Shown here: in pieces, positions 27,311 to 36,446 of the stretch
Position numbering within the stretch: position 1 is the first letter of the stretch
Layout: every line of letters starts with the position of its first letter
Assembly: GCA_017609525.1 (NCBI GenBank)
Contig: JAFCDT010000001.1
Coordinates: 1-40,729 of the forward strand
Source of the DNA: Candidatus Woesearchaeota archaeon
Lineage (GTDB): Archaea > Nanobdellota > Nanobdellia > SCGC-AAA011-G17 > JACPNG01
DNA length: 40,729 nt
Direction of reading: 5' to 3'
The notes under the pieces: model-generated
Told to the model about the DNA's origin: nothing
The model's database searches: none
What the model saw: only the letters and a program-made list of their open reading frames with translations
Translations under genes and position numbers: made by a program

Positions 27311-29108
27311 TTATTGGCATTCTTTGGATAGAGTAAGCAAAGATCTGGAATTATCTGGAAAGGATTTTGCAATTAGTCATGGTATTGGAGATGTAAAACA
27401 AGGGCTTAAAGCAAATATCTTTGCTGGTGCTTCTCAAATAGAGCTTGGTTTTATGGGCCAAGGCAAGGGTTCAAGGTCACAGCCAACAGGCGTAACTCCA
27501 GAAACATTTGGGAAAACAGAAAGAGAAGAAATGAGAGAAATGGCCAGGGTTAACGAAGTTAAGATTTCTACTCATGCATCAGCAAATGTAATGGGTTTTG
27601 CAGGTTATAATGAACAAGGATTTAGAGATGAGTTAAGAGAACGTGCACTTCATGAAGTGAAAAGAGCAGTAGATTTTGCAGCTGATGTTGCTCAAGGTGG
27701 ACCAATAGTGGTTCATACAGGAGAGTTCCCCAGAGACGTTGCAACAAAATACTATGATGAAGAAAAAAAGATGGGGTTACAGCTATACCCAGAAGAAAAA
27801 GAAAAGGGGATAGTGCAATTCGTGGATGAGGAGACAGGAAGAATAATTGCTTTAAGAAGAGATACAAAAGTTTGGTTAGAAGAAAGAGATCCGGAAACAG
27901 GTCATCCAATACCCGAACTTGATAAAAATAAAGAACCAACCGGAAGGTATCATTATCAAAAAAGAGATTATAAATATTTTGAAGATTTAGCAAAAGAAAA
28001 ACAAAATGGTAAAAACCCGGCACAACTTTTTCTTGAAGCGCATCAGCAAAGGGATATAGAGATGCAACGTGGAGAAGAAAAAAGATTTTATGCTGAAGCA
28101 GAAAAGATAAAAGAAACCATTGACAAGATTAAAAGAATCAAAGAAGAATATGTGGGGGGAGATAAAACAAAAAATCAAATTGCTGTAGATTTATTAGAGA
28201 CAGAACCCGGTGTACTTCGTTCAGAAAAAGAAGCAGAAATATTAAGAAAAGATCCAGAAAGATTTGCAAATGAAAAACTAAGAGAATTAGAATTGGCTTA
28301 TGATTATTACAAAGATGCTTCATTAGGTTATGGAAAAAGAGCAGTAGAAATGGAAGACTCCCTTAATAAAATTGTTCCAATAGAAGATTATGCACTAGAA
28401 AGAACTGCAGACTCTATATCTCAAGCCGCAATGTATGCTTATGAAGTAGAAAAAAAGAAAAAACTAAAAGAGCCTTTATTTATTGCACCAGAAAATGTAT
28501 TCCAAGAGCAATATGGAAGCCATCCTGAAGAATTAAAAAAGATAATTGTAGAATCAAGGGAAGAAATGGCTAAAAAACTAGTACAAAAAAAACACATATC
28601 TGAAAGAGAGGCAAAAAAAATAGCCTCAGAACACATTAAAGCTACATTTGATATTGGTCACGCACATAACTGGAGAAAGTATTTTGATGGAGATGACAAA
28701 CAATATCATAAATGGTTACAGGGTCAGGTAAAAAAATTAGTTGATGAAGGGATTATTGGTCATGCTCATATTTCAGATAATTTTGGGTACTATGATGAAC
28801 ATGTTATACCAGGAGAAGGAACTGCTCCAATAAAGGAATTCCTTGCAGAGCTAAACAGAAAAGGAAAGTTTAAGGGCCAAATGGTAGTAGAACCTGGAGG
28901 GCAACCAGATCCAAATCGGCCTTTTGATGTTCTAAGGGGGATGTGGAGGACAGCAGGATCACCAATGTACAGGATAGATGGAACATCACAATCATGGACA
29001 GATATCGAGAATTCCTATTTTGGAAGAACAGGAAGCCCAACATATCTTGTTGGTGATATAGCACCTTCAAAAGATTGGACATTATGGAGTGAAACAGCAT
29101 TAGAATGA
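27294..29108 (+). CDS. Endonuclease IV (Nfo)-like / xylose-isomerase-like TIM-barrel protein (P3) with large helical insertion
   Basis: 604 aa. STH94AS, VVH141TGE, APE400N, FD453IGH456, H492ISD, YD501EH503VIPGEG and VVE533PGG align with E. coli Nfo HDSY/HPGS/ENTAG/DTCH/HLND/DRHHSLGEG/LETI metal-ligand motifs. About 240 extra residues lie between H141 and E400. Confidence 0.7.
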   Translation: MNLGTSYWHSLDRVSKDLELSGKDFAISHGIGDVKQGLKANIFAGASQIELGFMGQGKGSRSQPTGVTPETFGKTEREEMREMARVNEVKISTHASANVMGFAGYNEQGFRDELRERALHEVKRAVDFAADVAQGGPIVVHTGEFPRDVATKYYDEEKKMGLQLYPEEKEKGIVQFVDEETGRIIALRRDTKVWLEERDPETGHPIPELDKNKEPTGRYHYQKRDYKYFEDLAKEKQNGKNPAQLFLEAHQQRDIEMQRGEEKRFYAEAEKIKETIDKIKRIKEEYVGGDKTKNQIAVDLLETEPGVLRSEKEAEILRKDPERFANEKLRELELAYDYYKDASLGYGKRAVEMEDSLNKIVPIEDYALERTADSISQAAMYAYEVEKKKKLKEPLFIAPENVFQEQYGSHPEELKKIIVESREEMAKKLVQKKHISEREAKKIASEHIKATFDIGHAHNWRKYFDGDDKQYHKWLQGQVKKLVDEGIIGHAHISDNFGYYDEHVIPGEGTAPIKEFLAELNRKGKFKGQMVVEPGGQPDPNRPFDVLRGMWRTAGSPMYRIDGTSQSWTDIENSYFGRTGSPTYLVGDIAPSKDWTLWSETALE

Positions 29109-29911
29109 AATTTGAAATTAAAAAAAGAAAAAGAGAGATAAAATATCCAACAGAAGAATTTGAAATAGCAAGAAAATTTGCTAAATTATTGTATAAAGAA
29201 TTTGGAGACTTGCTAAGAGCAGTAATTCTCTTTGGCTCAGTAGCTAGGGAAAAAATGGCTACAGAAAAAGACATAGATGTCTTGATAATTCTTGATGATG
29301 TAAGAATAGTTTTAACAAAAGAACTAATTCAAACATATAGAATAATCTTAGAAAAAATAGTAGCAGAAGTTGATCCAAGAAGACTCCACATTCAGACTAT
29401 GAAATTCACAAGCTTCTGGGAATATGTAAGGGTAGGAGATCCAGTAGCAATTAACATACTAAGATATGGTGTAGCATTAATAGATACAGGGTTTTTTGAT
29501 CCACTACAGGCATTACTGGATGAGGGAAGAATAAGACCAAGCAAAGAATCTATTTACACATATTTTACCATGGCCCCCTCTAGTTTGCATCGGTCAAAAC
29601 AACATGTATTAACTGCAATGATAGACTTATATTGGGCAACAATAGATGCAGCACATGCAGCATTAATGCAAATGGGTGAAATTCCCCCAAGTCCAGAGCA
29701 TGTTGCAGATATGCTTGAGGATAAACTAGTCAAGAAAAAATTAATAAAAAAAGAATATGCAACAATAATGAGAAGACTATACTATATCTTTAAACAAATA
29801 ACACATAGAAAGATTTCTGAGATTGATGGAAAAGAATATGACATATATCAAAAACAGGCAACAAGGTTTGTAAAAGAGATGCAAAAATTTATAGAAAAAA
29901 AGAAAAAATAA
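29105..29911 (+). CDS. Nucleotidyltransferase (MNT/KNTase-like) with C-terminal helical HEPN-like domain (P4)
   Basis: 268 aa. LFGSVAREKMATEKDIDVLIILDD is the pol-beta-type GS...DxD motif. ATGA overlap with the P3 stop. Paralogous to the central part of 37011-38768. Confidence 0.75.
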   Translation: MKFEIKKRKREIKYPTEEFEIARKFAKLLYKEFGDLLRAVILFGSVAREKMATEKDIDVLIILDDVRIVLTKELIQTYRIILEKIVAEVDPRRLHIQTMKFTSFWEYVRVGDPVAINILRYGVALIDTGFFDPLQALLDEGRIRPSKESIYTYFTMAPSSLHRSKQHVLTAMIDLYWATIDAAHAALMQMGEIPPSPEHVADMLEDKLVKKKLIKKEYATIMRRLYYIFKQITHRKISEIDGKEYDIYQKQATRFVKEMQKFIEKKKK

Positions 29912-29923
29912 AAGTAACTAGAT

Positions 29924-30373
29924 TTATACTCTAGCTACTCCGTTTCTTGTTTCTGCTCCTTGAGTGTTTGCTGCATAGATTCTGTAAGCAGCTGTTCTAC
30001 TCATGTTTCCTAAGTTATCTGGATCTGATCCTCTATAGGCTGATCCTATAATACTTATTTTATTTCTTTGTAGCATTTCAGTAGCATATTGTTCCGCTTC
30101 ATCAAGATTGCCTTGCTGAAGTGCATCAAAAAGTCTAACCAAAGTTTCATTAGTTCCTCTCATATATGTTCTGAAAACCTCTAGCCTCTGAGCATCATCT
30201 CCAATTGCATCATACAAAGCATCAAATTGTGCTCTTGCCGCATCAATATATGCCTGACCTAAATCTCCTTGAAGATTACCATCAACCATATCAGCTAGGT
30301 TGCCAAATAATCTCCATCCTGCAGAAGTTAAACCATTATGTGCTTGATTTATTGTTTGTTCGTCAAATGGCAT
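29924..30373 (-). CDS. Lys-poor, Ala/Gly/Asp/Gln/Arg-rich helical hypothetical protein
   Basis: 149 aa with 12 Arg and 1 Lys. GGAGG lies 12 nt upstream and TATA-like TTTATATAT about 50 nt upstream of the ATG. Visibly higher GC than its flanks. Confidence 0.65.
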   Translation of the reverse strand: MPFDEQTINQAHNGLTSAGWRLFGNLADMVDGNLQGDLGQAYIDAARAQFDALYDAIGDDAQRLEVFRTYMRGTNETLVRLFDALQQGNLDEAEQYATEMLQRNKISIIGSAYRGSDPDNLGNMSRTAAYRIYAANTQGAETRNGVARV

Positions 30374-30457
30374 TTTTAATAATATCCTCCATTTTATTTA
30401 CTTTTGAGTAACAAAAATCATATATAAACCTTTCGTTTTTAAAAACTCCCGGAATTC

Positions 30458-32764
30458 TCAACCACCAGCCTCTCTTCTGGCAAAATCTAATAATAGCTTC
30501 TTCTCAGTTCTGGCAACAACCTCTCTAATATTGCCAATAGCATCTGGATTAACACTGATAGAATCAATACCAGCCATAACCAAAAATTCAGCCATTTCAG
30601 GTTTGGACCCAGATTGACCACAAATACTGGTCTCAACTTTATTTTTCTTACAGATATCAATGACCTTCTTCATTTCGCCCTTTACAGCAGGATGTAATTC
30701 ATTAAATAAATAGGCTATTTCATCATTATTTCTATCCACTCCCAGAGTTAATTGAGTCAAGTCATTTGTACCAAAACTCACAAAATCAACACCCTCCTTG
30801 CATATGTCTTCAATAATCCAACAACTGGCAGGTGTTTCAATCATAACTCCAAACTGGATAGTTAACCCTTCTTCTTTGAATATTTCTTTAGCCTTCCTGA
30901 CTTCATCAATATTTATCACAAAAGGAATCATTAAGCCAAGATTATTATAACCCTCATCTTGTAACTTTTTTAATGCTTTGAATTCACATCTTAAAATTCC
31001 CTCTTCTTTTAAACTACGTCTTATGCCATGGTTACCAAGCATTGGATCTGTTTCATGCTCTTCTTCATCCCCTCCCTCTAGGTTTCTGTATTCATCAGTT
31101 CTAAGATCACTAGTTCTAATCCAGACAGGCTTGCCTTTAAATGCCTCAGCAATCTTCCTAATGCCATTAACTAATAATTCAATATATTCTTCATGCCTGT
31201 TATCCCTAATATATTTACTAGGATGGACTCCGCCCTCAGCAATCATTATTTCTAATCTCACCAAACCAACACCATCAACATCTAGCTCTGCTATCCTCTT
31301 AGCCATATCTGGAATATCCATAATAGCCTTAATTCTTGTTATTGTTTCAGCGCCATCTTCAATATGATAGACCTCTTTTTTCTCTTCTTTGATTTCTATT
31401 TTTCCTTTATACACCTCTCCCTTAGAGCCATCAACAGTTATAATATCCCCATCCTTTAACAATTCAGTTGCCTTATCAGTACCAACGATTGCAGGGATCA
31501 TCATCTCTCTGGATACAATTGCCGCATGTGAAGTGAGTCCTCCTTCATCAGTTACAATGGCTGATGCTTTTTTCATAGCAGGAACATAATCCGGATTTGT
31601 CATAGTGGCTACCAGAATATCTCCTTCATGTACTTTAGATAATTCAGAAGCATCCTTAACAATTTTAACAGTTCCAGAAGCAATTCCCGGACTTGCAGAC
31701 AACCCTTTTAATAAAACATCCCTCTTTTCTTCTTCCTCTTTAACCTCTTCCTTAGCTTCAACTTTTTTCAAAGTAGTAATTGGCCTTGACTGTACTATAT
31801 ATATCCTAGATCCTTCAATTGCATACTCAATATCCTGTGGGGCTTTGTAATGATCTTCAATTTTCTTAGTTAGTTCACCCAATTTCTTTATTTCATAATC
31901 ATTTAAGACCTGTTTTCCAGGCTCAATTGTTTTCTTAAAATTCTTTTTTGTATTTGGATCCAAAACAATCATCCATTCCTGTTTATTCAGTTTCTTTTCC
32001 TTTATCTTTAAGCTATTTTTGTCTAAAACATAACTATCAGGAGTAATTGAACCAGAAACTACTGCTTCACCCATTCCAAAACCTGCTTCAATTAATATTT
32101 CATTCTCATTGTTATTGACTGGATTAACACTAAAGATCACTCCGGCCTTATCAGACTGTATTTGTTTTTGAACAATTACAGAAATCAAAACCTTCTCATG
32201 GGGGAAATTATTTTTAACCCTATAGTATATTGCTCGTGCAGTATACAAACTGGCCCAACAATGTTTAACTGATTCTAATAAATGATTATTACCTTTAACA
32301 TTCAAAAAAGTTTCCTGTTGGCCAGCAAAACTAGCATCAGGTAAATCTTCAGCAGTGGCAGAACTTCTAACAGCAACATATGGGGGATCTCTTCCAGCTT
32401 TAATAATATCCAAAGCCTTTCCTGCTTTTTCAAACAGTTTCTTATCAACATTCAAGGTTTCATAAGCTTCAATAATATCATTTCTAATGTCTGCTGGCAT
32501 TTCTATGCCAAGGACAAGATCTCTAATCTGCTTAGAAACATTTTGCAATTCTGAATTATTATCAACATTTAAATCTTTAAGTAATCCAAAAATTTTCTCT
32601 TTAATATTATTTTTTTCTAAGAAACTCTTAAAAGCTTGAGCAGTAACAGCAAAACCTGGAGGGATAGGAAAGCCAGAATTATACATCTCACCTAATGAGG
32701 CGCCCTTGCCACCAGCAACATCAATACTTTCTTTATTAAGTTCACTAAACCATATAACGTTCAT
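30458..32764 (-). CDS. ppsA: Phosphoenolpyruvate synthase (pyruvate, water dikinase)
   Basis: 768 aa. N-terminal ATP-grasp (GGKGASLGEM), phospho-His domain (GGLTSHAAIVSREM.IPA.VG) and C-terminal PEP-utilising TIM barrel. Confidence 0.92.
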   Translation of the reverse strand: MNVIWFSELNKESIDVAGGKGASLGEMYNSGFPIPPGFAVTAQAFKSFLEKNNIKEKIFGLLKDLNVDNNSELQNVSKQIRDLVLGIEMPADIRNDIIEAYETLNVDKKLFEKAGKALDIIKAGRDPPYVAVRSSATAEDLPDASFAGQQETFLNVKGNNHLLESVKHCWASLYTARAIYYRVKNNFPHEKVLISVIVQKQIQSDKAGVIFSVNPVNNNENEILIEAGFGMGEAVVSGSITPDSYVLDKNSLKIKEKKLNKQEWMIVLDPNTKKNFKKTIEPGKQVLNDYEIKKLGELTKKIEDHYKAPQDIEYAIEGSRIYIVQSRPITTLKKVEAKEEVKEEEEKRDVLLKGLSASPGIASGTVKIVKDASELSKVHEGDILVATMTNPDYVPAMKKASAIVTDEGGLTSHAAIVSREMMIPAIVGTDKATELLKDGDIITVDGSKGEVYKGKIEIKEEKKEVYHIEDGAETITRIKAIMDIPDMAKRIAELDVDGVGLVRLEIMIAEGGVHPSKYIRDNRHEEYIELLVNGIRKIAEAFKGKPVWIRTSDLRTDEYRNLEGGDEEEHETDPMLGNHGIRRSLKEEGILRCEFKALKKLQDEGYNNLGLMIPFVINIDEVRKAKEIFKEEGLTIQFGVMIETPASCWIIEDICKEGVDFVSFGTNDLTQLTLGVDRNNDEIAYLFNELHPAVKGEMKKVIDICKKNKVETSICGQSGSKPEMAEFLVMAGIDSISVNPDAIGNIREVVARTEKKLLLDFARREAGG

Positions 32765-32967
32765 TCTACACCTTCTTTTTTAATTAAAGAATAAGTCAAA
32801 TATATAAAGATTTCTACTCTCCATCACCAAAAATAAAGCCAAATAAAATCTCTTCTCTATTTTTCTTTAGAATTTTCTTAGCTTCTTCAGAATTATCTGA
32901 AATCTCTTTCCTTCCTCCCGACACCCTAATTTGCATATAATATCCATGATTTTAAAATATTTAAAGA

Positions 32968-33753
32968 TTATCCGCCTGCACTGCTATATTTCATCATAGC
33001 TTTTTTCCACAAATAAACACTAATAAATAAAAATAAACTCACTGAAATAATTGCACCAATTACGGATTTATAATCTAACCCAAATACTAAACTACTTGCT
33101 GGATAGGTAGACATTACAGCAACAGGAACTAAAAAAGTTAAAAAGAATCTGAATCCAGTTCCATATATTTGCACAGGGTACCTTGCCAAATCAAGAACTC
33201 TGAAAAACAAACTAACCAACGCTTCAGACTTTACCACTAAAAAAGATAAAGCTGCTATTAAAACCATCAATGAATAGGCAAACAAGAATCCAATAATTAT
33301 TAAGAATATATAAACTAAAAAGTTAAAAGAAAAGATACTCAAATCTAGCTTAATCATACTCCAAGTAACCAATACAATGCCTGTAAAAGTTTCTGCTAAT
33401 CCCCCAATATTTACAGAACTAAATGAAAAAAACAGCAAAGTGTTGTAAGGTTTAATTAAATATTTATCAAAGGTTCCCTCTCTGATTTCATCAATTATTT
33501 TATAAGGGATCATTATAAGCAAAAAGTGAGTTAATCCACTAATCAATATTAAAGTTCCCTGAAATAAAATAAACTGTTCAAGGCTCCATCCAGGAATTCC
33601 TAGCGTTGTGTTATAAATTAAAATTGCCAGTAAAGGACTAATAAAATCACCAAGTACCAAACTCAAGGATTTGATAACAAAATTCGTTTTATAGGCTAAT
33701 TCAGAGCTCAATTCAAGAGCGAATGACTTAGTAAACAATTTTAAATATCTCAT
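32968..33753 (-). CDS. ABC-2 type transporter permease
   Basis: 261 aa with about 6 TM. 4-nt overlap with the upstream permease gene, in a three-gene ABC operon. Confidence 0.7.
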   Translation of the reverse strand: MRYLKLFTKSFALELSSELAYKTNFVIKSLSLVLGDFISPLLAILIYNTTLGIPGWSLEQFILFQGTLILISGLTHFLLIMIPYKIIDEIREGTFDKYLIKPYNTLLFFSFSSVNIGGLAETFTGIVLVTWSMIKLDLSIFSFNFLVYIFLIIIGFLFAYSLMVLIAALSFLVVKSEALVSLFFRVLDLARYPVQIYGTGFRFFLTFLVPVAVMSTYPASSLVFGLDYKSVIGAIISVSLFLFISVYLWKKAMMKYSSAGG

Positions 33754-34556
33754 GTTCCTGCTCCTGCAAATTTCTTATAAGCTCTTCTCCAAACTAAAAT
33801 TCCCAATAAACATAAGATCACAATCCAAACAAGCTGTATGCCCATAACTCTTAAAACCTCTACAAAAGTGTATTTCTCAAGATAAATGTTAATGACATGG
33901 TATCTTATGTATTCAAAAGGTAAAAAAGATGAAATTCTCTGAAACCATTCTGGAAAAAAAGATAAGGGTATCAATGCTCCAGACAAGAAAAATACAAAAA
34001 TTCTTCTCATCCTCCTTATTCCACCAATTTTCATTAACCAAAAAGCAGTAAGCCCAACTAAAAAGCTTATAAAAAAATTCAAGACAAAAGCCATAAATAA
34101 GGCCACAAAAAATAATAAAAAGTAAGCCGGTCCAGCAATTTTAACATTAAAAAATACTACTGCAATTATGAAAAAAGGAATTGTTTGTATCAATAGATTC
34201 AATAACTTAAGGCCAATTAAAAAAAAGAAATTGCTTCCTATATAGTTTATTGGTCTTAGTAAATCAGTAACCAAGTAGCCCTGCCTGACCGCCTCTTCCA
34301 TCCACTCATCTATATCAGCCCATACAAGAAAACTTATGATTATACTAACCGCATAATAGCTAATTAATGCGGGCAGAGTAAAGCCCCTTATAATTTCCTG
34401 ACCAGTATAACCATAAATAGCATTCCATAGAAAATAAAAGATTACTAAATTAATTGGAGCAGTAAGAAGATGGACTAAGGTATTAAACCTATAAATTAAA
34501 CTAATCCTGAAACCAGCCTTTATTTCACTTAGATATCTATAAAACAAGTTTTTCAT
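33750..34556 (-). CDS. ABC-2 type transporter permease
   Basis: 268 aa with about 6 TM. 4-nt overlap with the ATPase gene. Confidence 0.7.
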   Translation of the reverse strand: MKNLFYRYLSEIKAGFRISLIYRFNTLVHLLTAPINLVIFYFLWNAIYGYTGQEIIRGFTLPALISYYAVSIIISFLVWADIDEWMEEAVRQGYLVTDLLRPINYIGSNFFFLIGLKLLNLLIQTIPFFIIAVVFFNVKIAGPAYFLLFFVALFMAFVLNFFISFLVGLTAFWLMKIGGIRRMRRIFVFFLSGALIPLSFFPEWFQRISSFLPFEYIRYHVINIYLEKYTFVEVLRVMGIQLVWIVILCLLGILVWRRAYKKFAGAGT

Positions 34557-35536
34557 TTTTCATAAATATTTCTTATAATTTCCTCTATTGGAGGATCCTG
34601 AATAAGAATATCAGCTACCTGATAGTTCTCTAAAAGATAACTAACTAACTCATTTATGCTTTTCTTTTTTACATTAATTTCTATCTTTAACTCATATTTT
34701 CTTCTCTTTAAAACCTTACAACCTTTTAATTTAAATCCCTGGTGTGCTTCCTCAAGCTTAACATCCACGATTTTGTTAGATAAATATTCTCCCTTAATAT
34801 TCTTCAAAGATCCATCATAGATAATTTCTCCGTGATTAATTATTATAATCCTATCACATAATTTCTCAATATCCTGCATATCGTGCGTAGTCACAATAAA
34901 GGTCGTTTTATCTTTTTTGTTTGTATCCTTAATTAAATCCCTAAATCTGTCCTTAGCAATTATATCTAAACCAATGGTTGGCTCGTCTAAAAACACTAGT
35001 TTAGGATTGTGTAATAAAGAAGTTATAGCCTGGCATTTCATTCTTTCTCCTAAACTTAAATCCCTAACAGGCGTTCTCATAACCTTCTCTACATCTAACA
35101 ATTTAACCATGCGGTCCAGTCTTTCTTTGTATGCTTCTTTTGGAATAGAATAAAATTCCCTATTCAGTTCAAAAGTGTCTACCGCAGGCAAATCCCACCA
35201 CATGGTGTTTTTTTGACCAAAAACAACACCAATGTTCTTAACATATTTCACCCTGTTCTTCCAAGGAGTCATGCCTAAAACTTTAACATTTCCCCCACTT
35301 GGGTACAAAATTCCTGAAAGTGTTTTTAAGGTAGTGGATTTTCCTGCCCCATTAGGTCCTATAAATCCAACTATCTCGCCTGGCATGATCTCAAAACTAA
35401 TGCCTTTTAATGCTTCCTTGATAATATACTTTCTTTTAAACAAAGATTTGAAAGCATTCACTAATCCAGGCTCCCTGCTGTGGGTTTTGTATGTTTTTTT
35501 TAAATTTTCAACACAAATTATTGGTTCATTTTTCAT
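34553..35536 (-). CDS. ABC transporter ATP-binding protein
   Basis: Walker A GPNGAGKST, signature LSLGERMK and Walker B LVFLDEPT. Start placed at MKNEP (35536), which has GGAGTG upstream. The track ORF extends to 35581. Confidence 0.88.
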   Translation of the reverse strand: MKNEPIICVENLKKTYKTHSREPGLVNAFKSLFKRKYIIKEALKGISFEIMPGEIVGFIGPNGAGKSTTLKTLSGILYPSGGNVKVLGMTPWKNRVKYVKNIGVVFGQKNTMWWDLPAVDTFELNREFYSIPKEAYKERLDRMVKLLDVEKVMRTPVRDLSLGERMKCQAITSLLHNPKLVFLDEPTIGLDIIAKDRFRDLIKDTNKKDKTTFIVTTHDMQDIEKLCDRIIIINHGEIIYDGSLKNIKGEYLSNKIVDVKLEEAHQGFKLKGCKVLKRRKYELKIEINVKKKSINELVSYLLENYQVADILIQDPPIEEIIRNIYEK

Positions 35537-35665
35537 AGTTCTCACACTCCAAAAAGTTGAAGGGTATAAAATGTTTTGCAATCACTGCAAAAGTCATAAA
35601 GCTATATTAATCCAGATGAGAAATAGTTCCGGCTTTCATATAAATAAAGAAATAAATGCTTATAT

Positions 35666-36187
35666 TTAAACTTTGCTATCCACAATTCCGCACTTGCATG
35701 GCAACCTGTGAACTGCTCCTTTTAAGGCAGCCCTTGCAGCCACAACATCTTTATTATTAACATAAATGCTGAATATTCTCTGATTTTTTTTAACCTGTGC
35801 AGCACTTCCAATAACCTTACCAAAAGCCCTCTGCATTCCAGTCTGCATTCTGTCTGCTCCTGCACCAGTAAGCATCTTATTTTCCCTTAAGGCGTGGTGA
35901 GGATACAGCCTAACTTTTAGATGAAAATTGCTTGCACCCAACACTTTATTCAGTTTTCTATTTATTATAAGTCTTGCAGATTCCAGGGCATTTTCCCTAA
36001 CCTGTATTTTTTCTTTACTATAAAGGCTGATTTCATTTCTAAATTTTTTCTTTAAATTTCCAATATCAAATTTAACAACTTTTATTGTTGGAACAGCCTT
36101 GATATAGCCTTTTTTCTTATACTTACTTTTCCTAGTATAGGCTCTCTTAACCGTTCTGTAACATTTAGCTTTTCTTAAACTAGCCAT
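35666..36187 (-). CDS. rpl10e: 50S ribosomal protein L10e (uL16)
   Basis: 173 aa. The typical L10e pattern is present: a basic N-terminus (KCYRTVKRAYTRKSKYKKKGYI), LYPHHALRENKM and GAGADRMQ.GM..AFG. Confidence 0.92.
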   Translation of the reverse strand: MASLRKAKCYRTVKRAYTRKSKYKKKGYIKAVPTIKVVKFDIGNLKKKFRNEISLYSKEKIQVRENALESARLIINRKLNKVLGASNFHLKVRLYPHHALRENKMLTGAGADRMQTGMQRAFGKVIGSAAQVKKNQRIFSIYVNNKDVVAARAALKGAVHRLPCKCGIVDSKV

Positions 36188-36437
36188 TTATCTCAACCTC
36201 AGTATTGATAGCCTGACCAGGCATCCCTTTTTCAAAAATAACCCTCAAATTTCCTTTATTGCCATGTAAACTGGCAATTTTTCCTTTAATTTCTTTCCCT
36301 TTTGGACTCTTCCAAATAACCTGCTTGTCAATTAAAGATTCTGCTTTTTCTTTATTTATATTTTCTATTTTAATTATCATATGGGTATTGCTCTTAGTAT
36401 GCCTTCCCATCCTGAAATTTACAATTTTGGCTTTCAT
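36180..36437 (-). CDS. rpl35ae: 50S ribosomal protein L35Ae (eL33)
   Basis: 85 aa. V.WKSP.GK.I.GKI...HG.KG..R..FEKG.PGQA matches the archaeal L35Ae core. Confidence 0.85.
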   Translation of the reverse strand: MKAKIVNFRMGRHTKSNTHMIIKIENINKEKAESLIDKQVIWKSPKGKEIKGKIASLHGNKGNLRVIFEKGMPGQAINTEVEING

Positions 36438-36446
36438 TTGCTTTAA

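Noticed and set aside
32814-32936. 40-codon minus-strand ORF (MQIRVSGGRKEISDNSEEAKKILKKNREEILFGFIFGDGE) in the 203-nt gap between the ABC permease and ppsA.
   Set aside because: The length is not statistically unusual for this composition, there is no RBS, and its 3' end overlaps the likely ppsA TATA region. Evidence for a gene is insufficient.
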